Shown here in pieces: positions 37,012 through 46,386 of a DNA stretch of 47,543 bases. Source of the DNA: Acidimicrobiia bacterium. Lineage in GTDB: Bacteria > Actinomycetota > Acidimicrobiia > Spongiisociales > ZC4RG35. A program made the position numbers and the translations under genes. Each line of letters opens with the position of its first letter. Within the stretch, counting starts at the first letter, position 1. The stretch spans positions 1 to 47,543 of the forward strand of contig JBBDWN010000019.1 of assembly GCA_040902855.1 (NCBI GenBank). Reading direction: 5' to 3'. Below the pieces are notes generated by a model. The model worked only from the letters and a program-made list of their open reading frames with translations. It did no database searches and was not told the origin of the DNA.

Positions 37012-38004
37012 CTACTCCGGGCGTGCTTCTCGTGTCATCAGGGCGAGGACTGCCTCGCGGGGGTGGGCGCCTTCGTGGAGGACCAGGGCGACCTGGGTGG
37101 CGATCGGCATGTCGACGCCGTGTTTGGCGGCGAGCCCGAGCACCGGGCGGGCGGTCTTCACGCCTTCCGCAACCATCTGCATCTCGGATACGACATCGTC
37201 GAGCTTGCGGCCTTGGGCGAGGGCCATCCCGACGCGGTTGTTCCGACTGTCGTCTGATTCGCAGGTGGCGATGAGGTCGCCCATGCCGGCCAACCCGGCG
37301 AACGTCTCCGGTCGCCCTCCCATCGCGACCCCAAGCCGCGTGATCTCGGCCAGGGCCCGAGTGATCAATGCCGCCAACGTGTTCTGTCCAAACCCGAGAC
37401 CCTTGGCCATTCCTGCGGCGATCGCCATGACGTTCTTGAGCGCGCCCGCCAGTTCGCAGCCGACGACATCGGTGTTCGTGTAGACGCGAAAGGTGGGGTC
37501 CATGAGGGCCGCCTGAAGTGTCGCGGAGGCATCTGCATCTTCCATCCCGATCACTGCTGCCGCCGGCTCGCCTCGCATGACTTCTTTGGCGAGGTTCGGT
37601 CCGGTGAGAACTCCCGATCGGCTGGGGTCGCGATCGGGGAGAACCGAACTCACGACCTCTGTCATGCGCATGAGAGTTTCTCCTTCGATGCCCTTCGTCA
37701 GGCTGAGGATCGGGATGTCAGCCCCCAAACTCGGCGCGAGTTCTTCGAGGACGGCGCGAAATCCGTGCGACGGCACGCCCATCACCACCGCCTCCGCTCC
37801 GTCGACCGCGTCGATCGAATCGGATGTGGCACGCAGACCGTACGGAAGTCGCTGCCCAGGGAGATAGTCGGCGTTTTCGGCAGTGGTGTTGATGGCGTCC
37901 GCCAACTCGGGCCGCCGAGCCCAGAGGACGACCGGATTGGTCCGGGCGGCGATCGACGCGACGGTCGTTCCCCAGGATCCCGCTCCGATGACGGCGATGC
38001 GCAT
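37012..38004 (-). CDS. gpsA: NAD(P)H-dependent glycerol-3-phosphate dehydrogenase
   Basis: 330 aa. MRIAVIGAGSWGTT, LKNVMAIAAGM, and SRNNRVG-type motifs. Confidence 0.9.
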   Translation of the reverse strand: MRIAVIGAGSWGTTVASIAARTNPVVLWARRPELADAINTTAENADYLPGQRLPYGLRATSDSIDAVDGAEAVVMGVPSHGFRAVLEELAPSLGADIPILSLTKGIEGETLMRMTEVVSSVLPDRDPSRSGVLTGPNLAKEVMRGEPAAAVIGMEDADASATLQAALMDPTFRVYTNTDVVGCELAGALKNVMAIAAGMAKGLGFGQNTLAALITRALAEITRLGVAMGGRPETFAGLAGMGDLIATCESDDSRNNRVGMALAQGRKLDDVVSEMQMVAEGVKTARPVLGLAAKHGVDMPIATQVALVLHEGAHPREAVLALMTREARPE

Positions 38005-38088
38005 TGGCGCGGACGATACCGGCCGACTTGGACGGTTCGCCGCCGCCGCTACCTTTTCGGTTCCCCTCTCTCCCGGAGTACCTCAGTC

Positions 38089-39177
38089 ATGGCGCTGCAA
38101 GCTGGCATCGTCGGTCTTCCCAACGTCGGCAAATCGACGCTTTTCAATGCGCTCACGGCGGCTGGTGCCGAGGCTGCCAACTATCCGTTTGCGACCATCG
38201 AGCCGAACGTTGGCGTCGTGGCGGTGCCCGACGAACGCCTCGCCCAGATCAACTCGGTCATCGAGACGAAACGGATCGTCCCGACTTCGGTGGAGATCCT
38301 CGACATCGCGGGTCTGGTCAAGGGAGCGTCGCAGGGCGAAGGGCTGGGCAACCAATTTCTCGGCCATATCCGGTCCGTTGACGCCGTGATCCACCTCGTT
38401 CGGTGTTTCGAAGGCGACGTCACACATGTCGACGGGTCTGTCGACCCGGCACGGGATATCGACACCGTCGACCTCGAACTGATTCTCGCCGATCTCGCCG
38501 TGGCCGAGCGCCGCCTCGAGCGGCTCCGGCGGTCGGTGAAGACCGGGGACAAGGGTCTCGCCCTTGCGCTCGACGTCACTGAGCGGTTGCACCGCTGGCT
38601 GTCGGACGGGAATCCGGCCAGAACACTGCCGGGGACACCCGAGGAGCGGGACACGTTCCGGGACGCGCAATTCATCACGTCCAAGCCGGTGCTCTTCGTG
38701 TGCAACGTCGACGAAGCGGGACTGGGAGGAAATGCCCATGTCGACATCGTGCGCGAGGTGGCAGCGGCGTCCGGGGCGGGCCTGGTCGTGATCTGTGCCC
38801 AGGCCGAGGCGGACATCGCCGAACTGGATGGCGCCGATCGCGAGGTCTTTCTCTCCGACCTCGGGCTTGGAGAGCCAGGGCTCACGACCCTCTCCCGGGA
38901 GGCATATGGCCTGCTCGGACTCGACACGTTCTTCACAGCCGGCCCGGCCGAGATCCGGGCGTGGACGATCCGGCAGGGCACCAGAGCGCCGCAGGCGGCC
39001 GCAGTGATCCACACCGACTTCGAGAAGGGGTTCATCCGGGCCGAGGTCTACACGATCCCCGACCTGCTGGCACACGGATCAGAGGCCGCGCTGCGAGCCG
39101 CAGGCAGGATGCGGGTGGAAGGCAAGGACTACGTGGTCCAGGACGGCGACGTGGTCTTCTTCCGATTCAACACGTGA
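38089..39177 (+). CDS. ychF: Redox-regulated ribosome-binding ATPase YchF
   Basis: ATG at 38089 gives MALQAGIVGLPNVGKSTLFNALT. NYPFATIEPN. C-terminal GKDYVVQDGDVVFFRFN. 362 aa. Confidence 0.92.
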   Translation: MALQAGIVGLPNVGKSTLFNALTAAGAEAANYPFATIEPNVGVVAVPDERLAQINSVIETKRIVPTSVEILDIAGLVKGASQGEGLGNQFLGHIRSVDAVIHLVRCFEGDVTHVDGSVDPARDIDTVDLELILADLAVAERRLERLRRSVKTGDKGLALALDVTERLHRWLSDGNPARTLPGTPEERDTFRDAQFITSKPVLFVCNVDEAGLGGNAHVDIVREVAAASGAGLVVICAQAEADIAELDGADREVFLSDLGLGEPGLTTLSREAYGLLGLDTFFTAGPAEIRAWTIRQGTRAPQAAAVIHTDFEKGFIRAEVYTIPDLLAHGSEAALRAAGRMRVEGKDYVVQDGDVVFFRFNT

Positions 39178-39208
39178 TGAGGCCCCGGTAAGGGGAGCCG
39201 GGGCCTCA
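39178..39208 (+). terminator. Hairpin immediately after ychF (likely terminator)
   Basis: Perfect 11-bp stem TGAGGCCCCGG/CCGGGGCCTCA with a 9-nt loop, starting 1 nt after the stop. No clear U-tract. Confidence 0.6.
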
Positions 39209-39444
39209 TCATCTCTCCCTCCACAGGGAGATCCGCACGGAGCTTCAGTAGGCATGCCAGGGGGGTGTGCCCGCTCCGCATCGGAAGGCAAGACGGGGAT
39301 GTGGGGGTCACCTCCCGCCCGCTCGACGCACCATAGAAGCACATCCTTGTCGGGTGCAACCAATGAGATAGGAGGGCCTCCTATTCGACGCTCTGTCGTT
39401 TCCTGACGGCTTCTTCGCAAGACGAGGTAGTGTGATACTCGCCG

Positions 39445-39592
39445 ACGAACCTGGCGGGAGAGACCCTCCCCGGAGGGCGCCGAAGGGGCAATCCATCCCC
39501 GGAAACTCTCAGGCATCAGGACCGCCCAGGGAAGGCAACGCTGTGCCGGATCACCGGCCGAGGCGGGGGACCAGGCGACCTCAGGAGGCGTA
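39445..39592 (+). promoter_or_regulatory. Glycine riboswitch (one clear aptamer plus downstream platform or ghost aptamer) in the gcvP leader
   Basis: ctggcgGGAGAGaccctcc..ggagggCGCCGAAGGGGCAAtccatcccc..aaaCTCTCAGGCatcAGGACcgcccag matches the GGAGAG / ACCGAAGGGGCAA / CUCAGGC..AGGAC consensus. It is followed by a second GGAAGGCAAC, the hairpin GCCGGatcaCCGGC, and the RBS AGGAGG before ATG 39593. Confidence 0.7.
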
Positions 39593-42406
39593 ATGGAACC
39601 CCGGCCTTTCCACGAACGGCACATTGGCCCGAGCGAAGAGGACATCCGCGTGATGCTCGACGTCATCGGATCCGAGTCCCTCGCAGGCATGGTCGATGAG
39701 ACGGTGCCCGCCGGCATCAGAGACGACTCGCTCGACCTTCCGCCCGCCCTGTCGGAGTCAGAAGCGGTCGCGCGATTGCTTTCCCTCGCGAGTCGCAACA
39801 CTGTTGCGAAGTCGATGATCGGCATGGGATATCACGGCACCATCACGCCTCCGGTCATCAAACGGAATGTCCTCGAGGATCCGGCCTGGTATACGGCCTA
39901 TACGCCCTACCAGGCCGAGATCTCCCAAGGGCGCCTCGAGGCGCTTCTCAACTTCCAGACGATGGTGGGTGACCTGACCGGGTTCGCCGTCGCCAATGCG
40001 TCTCTTCTCGATGAAGCCACCGCCGCCGCCGAGGCGATGACCATGGCCCACCGCACCGACAGGGGCCGGCGCGATGTGTTCTGGGTGGACTCAGGATGTC
40101 ATCCCCAGACCATCGGGGTGGTGCAGACCCGCGCTCTCCCTCTCGGTATCGAAGTCGTCGTCGCCGATCCCGACTCGTTCGACCTCACCGGGGCGTTCGG
40201 ACTTCTGCTCCAGTATCCGTCGTCCACCGGAGAGGTACGGGACTTCGCTCCACTTGCTGCGGCAGCGGCTGGGGAGGGCCTCACCGTCATCGCGGCGGCT
40301 GACCTCCTGGCCTTGACGGTCTTGAAACCTCCCGGCGAATGGGGCGCACACATTGCGGTTGGGTCGACCCAGCGATTCGGGGTGCCGATGGGATTCGGCG
40401 GGCCGCACGCCGCCTATATCGCCACCGTCGAGGAGTTGGTGAGGTCGCTACCGGGACGACTCGTCGGCGTTTCCCAGGACTCGGCCGGCCGGATCGCACA
40501 CCGGCTGGCTCTGCAGACGCGTGAACAGCACATTCGGAGGGAACGGGCGACGTCGAACGTCTGCACGGCTCAGGTCCTCCTCGCCGTCATCGCCGGGTTC
40601 TACGCGGCGTGGCACGGCCCGGACGGTCTGGCAGCCATCGGTCGGCACGTCCACGACCACGCATCATCGCTGGCCGCCGGTGTCACCGAGGCGGGCTGGT
40701 CCCTGCGGCACGACTCGTGGTTCGACACCATCACCGTCAAGACCGGTGATCGAACCGACGCCGTGATCGAGTCGGCGCTTGCTGCAGGAGTGAATCTCCG
40801 AAGAGTCGACGATGCCCATGTGGGGGTCACGTGCGACCAGACGACGACCGACACGGACATCGAGGCTGTCCTCGCCGCCTTCGGTGCCGAGGCTCCGGTG
40901 TCGGGGGGGCGTTCGGGATTGCCTGCAGATCTCGTCCGCACGACCGGCTACCTCACGCACCCCGTCTTCCATCGGTATCGGTCGGAGACGGAGATGCTCC
41001 GGTACTTGCGAATGCTGTCCGACAAGGACCTCGCCCTCGACCGGACCATGATCCCGCTCGGCTCGTGCACGATGAAGCTGAACGCGACATCAGAGATGAT
41101 CCCGATCACGTGGCCAGGCTTCGCCGACATCCACCCGTTCGTTCCCGCCGACCAGGCGCGCGGATATCACCGACTGATCGAAGACCTCGAAGAGTGGCTG
41201 GCGGAGATCACCGGTTACGACGCCGTGTCCCTTCAGCCGAACGCCGGTTCGCAGGGCGAACTCGCCGGCCTCCTGGCGATACGGGCGTTCCACCAGTCAA
41301 ACTCACAGCCGGAGCGAACGGTCTGTTTGATTCCTTCCTCGGCGCACGGAACCAACGCCGCGTCCGCAGTGATGGCCGGGTTCGAGGTCGTCGTCGTGGC
41401 ATGCGACGACGGTGGCAACGTCGACCTGTCCGATCTGGCTTCCAAGCTCGAGGCGCATCGGGACCGGATCGCCGCACTGATGGTCACCTATCCCTCTACC
41501 CACGGTGTCTTCGAAGAAGCGATCGGCGAGATCTGTGACATGGTTCATGACTCCGGTGGTCAGGTCTATGTCGATGGCGCCAACTTCAATGCCCTCGTGG
41601 GCATCGCCAAACCCGGACGGTTCGGGGCTGACGTGTCGCACCTCAACCTGCACAAGACTTTCACGATTCCCCACGGTGGTGGCGGACCGGGAGTCGGCCC
41701 CATCGGAGTTCGAGGCCATCTCGCCCCCTTCCTTCCGGGTCATCCGGTGAGCGGTGGGCCGACCGTCGTCGGGCCCGTGTCCGCCGCCCGGTGGGGGTCT
41801 GCCGGCATCCTGCCCATTCCGTGGGCCTACATCGCCATGATGGGCGCCGACGGTCTTCGGCGTGCGTCGGAAGTAGCGATCCTCAGCGCCAATTACGTGG
41901 CCTCTCGCCTTTCTGATGCCTATCCGATCCTCTATCGCTCCTCGGCCGGTCGGGTGGCCCACGAATGCATCGTGGATGTCCGCCAGATCACCAAGGCCTC
42001 GGGGATCACGGCCGAAGACGTCGCCAAGCGGCTCGCCGACTACGCATTTCATGCGCCGACCCTCTCGTTTCCGGTGCCTGGCACGCTGATGGTCGAACCC
42101 ACGGAGTCGGAGTCCCTCGCGGAACTCGATCGATTCTGCGAGGCGATGCTGTCGATCCGAGAGGAGATCCGGCGGGTGGAGGACGGTACGTGGCCCAGAG
42201 ACGACAACCCGCTCGTTCGCGCTCCGCACCCCGCTGAGGACCTGATCGTCAGTTGGTCGAGGGCCTACCCTGTCGAGATCGCGGCGTTCCCGGTATCATC
42301 GCTACGGACAAAGGGGTATTTTCCGCCGGTCGGTCGTGTCGACGGACCGGCGGGAGATAGGAATCTCGTGTGTGCGTGCCCGCCGGTGGCGGAATACGCC
42401 ACGTAG
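39593..42406 (+). CDS. gcvP: Glycine dehydrogenase (decarboxylating), single-chain P-protein of the glycine cleavage system
   Basis: 937 aa. Motifs [21 protein letters not shown] and the PLP-lysine motif [18 protein letters not shown]. Confidence 0.93.
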   Translation: MEPRPFHERHIGPSEEDIRVMLDVIGSESLAGMVDETVPAGIRDDSLDLPPALSESEAVARLLSLASRNTVAKSMIGMGYHGTITPPVIKRNVLEDPAWYTAYTPYQAEISQGRLEALLNFQTMVGDLTGFAVANASLLDEATAAAEAMTMAHRTDRGRRDVFWVDSGCHPQTIGVVQTRALPLGIEVVVADPDSFDLTGAFGLLLQYPSSTGEVRDFAPLAAAAAGEGLTVIAAADLLALTVLKPPGEWGAHIAVGSTQRFGVPMGFGGPHAAYIATVEELVRSLPGRLVGVSQDSAGRIAHRLALQTREQHIRRERATSNVCTAQVLLAVIAGFYAAWHGPDGLAAIGRHVHDHASSLAAGVTEAGWSLRHDSWFDTITVKTGDRTDAVIESALAAGVNLRRVDDAHVGVTCDQTTTDTDIEAVLAAFGAEAPVSGGRSGLPADLVRTTGYLTHPVFHRYRSETEMLRYLRMLSDKDLALDRTMIPLGSCTMKLNATSEMIPITWPGFADIHPFVPADQARGYHRLIEDLEEWLAEITGYDAVSLQPNAGSQGELAGLLAIRAFHQSNSQPERTVCLIPSSAHGTNAASAVMAGFEVVVVACDDGGNVDLSDLASKLEAHRDRIAALMVTYPSTHGVFEEAIGEICDMVHDSGGQVYVDGANFNALVGIAKPGRFGADVSHLNLHKTFTIPHGGGGPGVGPIGVRGHLAPFLPGHPVSGGPTVVGPVSAARWGSAGILPIPWAYIAMMGADGLRRASEVAILSANYVASRLSDAYPILYRSSAGRVAHECIVDVRQITKASGITAEDVAKRLADYAFHAPTLSFPVPGTLMVEPTESESLAELDRFCEAMLSIREEIRRVEDGTWPRDDNPLVRAPHPAEDLIVSWSRAYPVEIAAFPVSSLRTKGYFPPVGRVDGPAGDRNLVCACPPVAEYAT

Positions 42407-42445
42407 CGAAGAATTCCTGTACCGCGCCAGGGAACGTGCCGATTC

Positions 42446-42467
42446 GAGGGCGGTTGCACCGCCCCTC
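42446..42467 (+). terminator. Weak hairpin after gcvP
   Basis: GGGCGGTtgcACCGCCC (7-bp stem) about 40 nt after the stop, with no U-tract. Confidence 0.3.
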
Positions 42468-42522
42468 GGTCCAGACCCGGGGACGGTGCACCAACCCAGA
42501 CGTGGCAACGGGGTGACATCAG

Positions 42523-43671
42523 GTGGACTTCAGGGGACATCTCCGGCTTCCGGATGATGCCGGAATCGGCATCCCCGTTTTGCTGTGCCTCGACGACATC
42601 TTCGTCGTCATCTCCTCGGGCGGCGACGAGCTGGGCGCCTGGCGCGCCGACGACGTGGTCGTCGAGCGGCTCCACTCGAACCAGTTCGCGATCGAACTCG
42701 ATGGAGAGCCGGCGGTGTTCGTGGCCCAGGATGCACTCGGGTTTGCCTACGACGGCATCCTGGCGATCGAGAGTCTGCAGGAGCGCCTGACCAAGCGGCG
42801 GGTGTTCAAGCGGTCGAAGCGCAAGAGGTCGGCAGAAGACGCCGAGACCGCCGTCGAGGCTTCGTCGGCTGCACAGACCGAGGATGTCGCTTCCACCCCG
42901 GAACCCGCAGCTGGTGTGGCCGAGCCGAAGTTCACGATCGCTCCTGAGCCGATTTGGACGCCTCCTCCCACACCTTCCGCACCGTCTGTCTCTGCATATT
43001 CCGCACCGAATGTCCCCGTTCCCCATCCGGTCCGGCCGGTCGCCGAACCCGACCTTGCACCCGAGCGGCGCTTCGAGAGTGAAGACTTCGATGCGCCTCC
43101 TCCAGACGCGAGGGTGTCCTACCCTCAAGCAGAGAAACCTGCGCCTCCGGCAGTCGAATCTTTCGTTCCGCCGGCCGTGTCAGCTGAGCCTGAGTACGAG
43201 CTCGAAGAGGTCACCGCCGCAGAGAGAGGAGCCGAATCGTTCCGGTCCGATGAGGACTCGAGTGAGGGAGCTGACTCGGAGCCGGAGATCGAGTACGACG
43301 AGTATGTCCTGCCCGTCGCCGGTGTAGTGGACATCTTTGCTTCGTCGATACCTGCCGAACAGGTGCCCGAGGTTGTCGTCGAGCCGCCTGATGACGACGG
43401 CGTCGAAATGGCCGCGACCGAAGTCGAGGTTGACCGGTCAGTGCCGACCGATGGGGTGGTCCGCTCCCATGGGCACGGGGCGGTTCGCGAGCTCTCCGAA
43501 CGGTCTGGCACCCGAGAACGGCGTCGCTCGCTCTTCGGGCGCGGCAAGAGGGCACGTGCTCACGACCACGTGTACGGCGATCCGAAGACCATTGGCGGAC
43601 TCACGCGGCAGGTATGTGACATCTGCGGACATGTCACCTTCAGTGGCGAAGACGCGTACCAGGGCTGGTGA
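42523..43671 (+). CDS. Hypothetical protein: compact N-terminal domain, long acidic/Pro-rich low-complexity middle, short Cys/His C-terminal motif
   Basis: 382-aa ORF with coding-like GC3 bias and a GTG start. No family recognised. C-terminus HDHVYGDPKTIGGLTRQVCDICGH. The stop overlaps the next start (GTGA). Confidence 0.55.
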   Translation: MDFRGHLRLPDDAGIGIPVLLCLDDIFVVISSGGDELGAWRADDVVVERLHSNQFAIELDGEPAVFVAQDALGFAYDGILAIESLQERLTKRRVFKRSKRKRSAEDAETAVEASSAAQTEDVASTPEPAAGVAEPKFTIAPEPIWTPPPTPSAPSVSAYSAPNVPVPHPVRPVAEPDLAPERRFESEDFDAPPPDARVSYPQAEKPAPPAVESFVPPAVSAEPEYELEEVTAAERGAESFRSDEDSSEGADSEPEIEYDEYVLPVAGVVDIFASSIPAEQVPEVVVEPPDDDGVEMAATEVEVDRSVPTDGVVRSHGHGAVRELSERSGTRERRRSLFGRGKRARAHDHVYGDPKTIGGLTRQVCDICGHVTFSGEDAYQGW

Positions 43672-44165
43672 GAGAACCAACCGTCCACCCGGGTGCGTTC
43701 GTAGCGCCCAGCGCCCACATCCTCGGGGACGTGACCGTCGGTGACCGGGCCGTGATCCTCTTCGGCGTGGTCATCCGGGCTGAGTTCGATCAGATCAGCA
43801 TCGGGGTCGAGACCAACATCCAGGATGGCACCGTCGTGCATTGCGATGCAGGGATTCCCACGCGGATAGGGGATCGCGTGACGGTCGGTCACGCCGCAGT
43901 CCTTCACGGCGCGACGGTCGGTGACCACTGCCTGGTCGGGATCGGGAGTCGCGCCCTCAACCGATCGATCCTGGGCGAAGGTGCGTGGCTGGGAGCCGGC
44001 GCGATCTTGACGGAAGGAAGCGAGATCCCGCCGTGGACCCTTGCCTTGGGCATGCCGGCTCGGCCCGTCCGCGACCTGAGGCCGGACGAGATAGAGCGAC
44101 AACGTGCCGGCGTGGACGACTATCAGGAGATCGCCGTCATGTATCGACAGCGTTTCACGACCTGA
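43668..44165 (+). CDS. Gamma-carbonic-anhydrase-like left-handed beta-helix (hexapeptide repeat) protein, YrdA/PaaY type
   Basis: 165 aa. Motifs IGVETNIQDGTVVHCD, VTVGHAAVLHGATVGDHCLVGIGS, LGMPARPVRDL. Confidence 0.8.
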   Translation: MREPTVHPGAFVAPSAHILGDVTVGDRAVILFGVVIRAEFDQISIGVETNIQDGTVVHCDAGIPTRIGDRVTVGHAAVLHGATVGDHCLVGIGSRALNRSILGEGAWLGAGAILTEGSEIPPWTLALGMPARPVRDLRPDEIERQRAGVDDYQEIAVMYRQRFTT

Positions 44166-44925
44166 CCAACTTGGCTGGCTCCCAGGTGAAACGTCGCATT
44201 GCGATCCACGCTCCGACCGCCCCCCACGCCAGCAACACAAGCAGATCGACCCCGGGGAAACCGGCATCGACGAGCGGATTCCACTGTTCCGAGAAAGCAG
44301 CGACGAAGGGCCGCAGCGGAAAGAACCCCGCCAGCGTCGCCAGCCATTCCGGCCCGGACTCAACGGGAAAGAAGACCCCAGAGATGAACGCCAGCGGCAG
44401 GATCGTGGCATTGGCGATCGCCGGAGCCGCTTGACCGTTGCTCGTCAACCCGGCAACGGCCAGGGCCAGAGCCGACCACGCTGCGGCGCCCACCACCAAA
44501 ACGAGCAATGCCAACGGAAGACGCGACCACAGGACTTCGACGTCGAAAGCGACAACCCCGACGATGAGCATGATCAGCACGCTCGTCAGGCCGATCCCGC
44601 TGGCGGCCAGCACCCGGCCGCCGATGTACGTGCCCGGCGGGAGAGGGGTCCCGAGCACACGCTTCAAGATTCCCTCGTCTCGGTCCATCGAGGTCGTGAT
44701 GACGAGATTGGTGTAACAGGCAGTGACGATGGAAAACACGGCAATCGCCGGTGTGAAGAACTGGGCGAATCCGAGACCGCCGAGAGAGTCGATGGTGGCA
44801 TCGCCGTTGAGCAGATTGAACAGGACCAGAAACATGAGGGGGAACGCAACGGTGAAGAAGGCCGCGACCGGAACCCGCCAGAAGACTCGGGTGTGATGGA
44901 CGAATTCCCACCACAAGTTCCTCAT
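44155..44925 (-). CDS. ABC-2 type exporter permease
   Basis: ATG at 44925 (MRNLWWEFVHHTRVFWR), 256 aa, 6 TM helices. TGATG junction with the ATPase gene. Its 3' end overlaps the convergent gene by 11 nt. Confidence 0.75.
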   Translation of the reverse strand: MRNLWWEFVHHTRVFWRVPVAAFFTVAFPLMFLVLFNLLNGDATIDSLGGLGFAQFFTPAIAVFSIVTACYTNLVITTSMDRDEGILKRVLGTPLPPGTYIGGRVLAASGIGLTSVLIMLIVGVVAFDVEVLWSRLPLALLVLVVGAAAWSALALAVAGLTSNGQAAPAIANATILPLAFISGVFFPVESGPEWLATLAGFFPLRPFVAAFSEQWNPLVDAGFPGVDLLVLLAWGAVGAWIAMRRFTWEPAKLVRS

Positions 44926-45818
44926 CAGCCGTCCTCCCCGGCCAGTTCGAGGTAGACATCCTCGAGCGAGGGCCTCGTCATCTCGAGACCGTCGAGTGGG
45001 ACACCATTGTCGAGCGCCCACTCCGTCAATGCGTGCAACGTCTCCACCGGTGTGGTGCTGGCAATCTCCATCCATCCGTTCTCACGGGTGATCGCCTGCT
45101 GGGAGAGGGACTCGGGGAGGTGGCCCGCAGTCCGAAATCGGATCGTTGCGACCCGGGTTTGTCGACCGCCGAGGGTGGAGGGATCGCCCTCGGCGACGAT
45201 TCGTCCTCCGGCGATGACGGCGACCCGGTCTGCGAGATGTTGGGCTTCGTCGAGGTAGTGCGTCGTGAGAATGACCGTTGCCCCGTCCGCTGTCAGTTCC
45301 GTCACCAACCGCCATGCCTCTCGCCGCGCGGCCGGATCGAACCCGGTCGTGGGTTCGTCGAGAAAGATCACTTCGGGCCGGCCGATGATGGCGGCCGCCA
45401 TGTCGACTCGACGGCGCTGACCGCCGGAGAGTGTCTTGATCCGGGCGTCGGTCTTCTCGTTGAGACCGACGCGCCCGATGGTGGTCTCGACCTCCGCCGG
45501 ATCGCGGTACAGACGAGCGAGACGGGTGAGAGCCTCTCGTACAGTCAGCTCCTTTTCGATGCCGGACTGCTGGAGCACAATCCCGATTCGCTCACGCCAA
45601 CTCGGCCCGGCGCTGCGCGGATCCTGGCCGAGGACGGTCACCGATCCTCCGTCCGGTTTCCGATAGCCCTCGAGAATCTCGACCGTGGTGGTTTTGCCTG
45701 CTCCATTCGGCCCGAGCAACGCGAAGACCTCACCGGCCTCGACAGAGAAGTCGATTCCGTCCACGGCCGCGATCTCGCCGTAGTGCTTGCGGAGGTTTCG
45801 GACTTCGACGACCGCCAT
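44925..45818 (-). CDS. ABC transporter ATP-binding protein (DrrA-like, ABC-2 subfamily)
   Basis: Walker A GPNGAGKTTT, signature LSGGQRRRVDMAAAI, Walker B IFLDEPTTGFD. 297 aa. Confidence 0.88.
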   Translation of the reverse strand: MAVVEVRNLRKHYGEIAAVDGIDFSVEAGEVFALLGPNGAGKTTTVEILEGYRKPDGGSVTVLGQDPRSAGPSWRERIGIVLQQSGIEKELTVREALTRLARLYRDPAEVETTIGRVGLNEKTDARIKTLSGGQRRRVDMAAAIIGRPEVIFLDEPTTGFDPAARREAWRLVTELTADGATVILTTHYLDEAQHLADRVAVIAGGRIVAEGDPSTLGGRQTRVATIRFRTAGHLPESLSQQAITRENGWMEIASTTPVETLHALTEWALDNGVPLDGLEMTRPSLEDVYLELAGEDG

Positions 45819-45870
45819 CAGCTTCCCGTGTCCTCCGTCCGCCAGGTCCGACTGCGGGCGGCGGAATGGC

Positions 45871-46320
45871 TCAGAGACCCCACTTCCACACCATCGCGGC
45901 CAATGTCACGAGGAGGATGGCGAGGTCGAGCAGTTCGATGGGACGCGTCTTCTTGGCGATCGCATCGGCCCCGGCGACGTCGCCTTCGTCGAGCTTCGCT
46001 GCCGCTGCTTCCCCTCGTTTACCGAACACCGCGGGTCCGACTGCGACGCCGAAGATCACGGCCGCGAACCCGATGGAAATGAACGGAGTGCCGAAACCGA
46101 CGGCGTCGTTGCTGACCACCATCCAGATGCCCGAGACGAGCACCACGACGGCGGCCGGGGCGAACAGGCGCGTTCCCATCGCCACCTGATTCCGATGCCA
46201 GAGTGCCCGCGCCACCGGCTGCCCAGCACGGGCCACAGGCGCTTCGGCGAACTGCCGGACGGTTGCCCCGATCCATGCGGCGGCGGCGGCGATGTGCAGG
46301 AACAAGAGAAACTGATACAC
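45871..46320 (-). CDS. Small integral membrane protein (DUF2269-like, about 4 TM)
   Basis: GTG at 46320 preceded by GAGAGGGG gives MYQFLLFLHIAAAAAWIG. The upstream 139 aa of the track ORF are Arg/Gly-rich and look non-coding. Confidence 0.5.
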   Translation of the reverse strand: MYQFLLFLHIAAAAAWIGATVRQFAEAPVARAGQPVARALWHRNQVAMGTRLFAPAAVVVLVSGIWMVVSNDAVGFGTPFISIGFAAVIFGVAVGPAVFGKRGEAAAAKLDEGDVAGADAIAKKTRPIELLDLAILLVTLAAMVWKWGL

Positions 46321-46386
46321 GGAACCCCTCTCGAATAACGGCGCGACGATAACCGGGTGGAGCCTCCGATCACGTCTGTAGCCTGA

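Noticed and set aside
39221-39335. Possible first aptamer of a tandem glycine riboswitch (GGGAGA ... CGGAAGGCAAG ...).
   Set aside because: It lacks the CUCAGGC..AGGAC 3' core and lies about 120 nt from the clear aptamer, much farther than tandem linkers. It is kept only as an open question in a finding.
39254-39409. 51-codon plus-strand ORF (MPGGCARSASEGKTG...) in the ychF-gcvP spacer.
   Set aside because: Third-position GC is only about 60 percent, against the very high GC3 of real genes here. It uses rare AGA and ATA codons and has no RBS. It was treated as non-coding leader.
5965-44927. Numerous 1-4 nt start-stop overlaps (5965, 13534, 16972, 18433, 21995, 30353, 32713, 34512, 43668, 44925) and convergent 3' overlaps (20832-20845, 44155-44165) as something unusual.
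   Set aside because: Such overlaps are typical translational coupling and compaction in high-GC actinobacterial-type genomes. They were used only as operon evidence.
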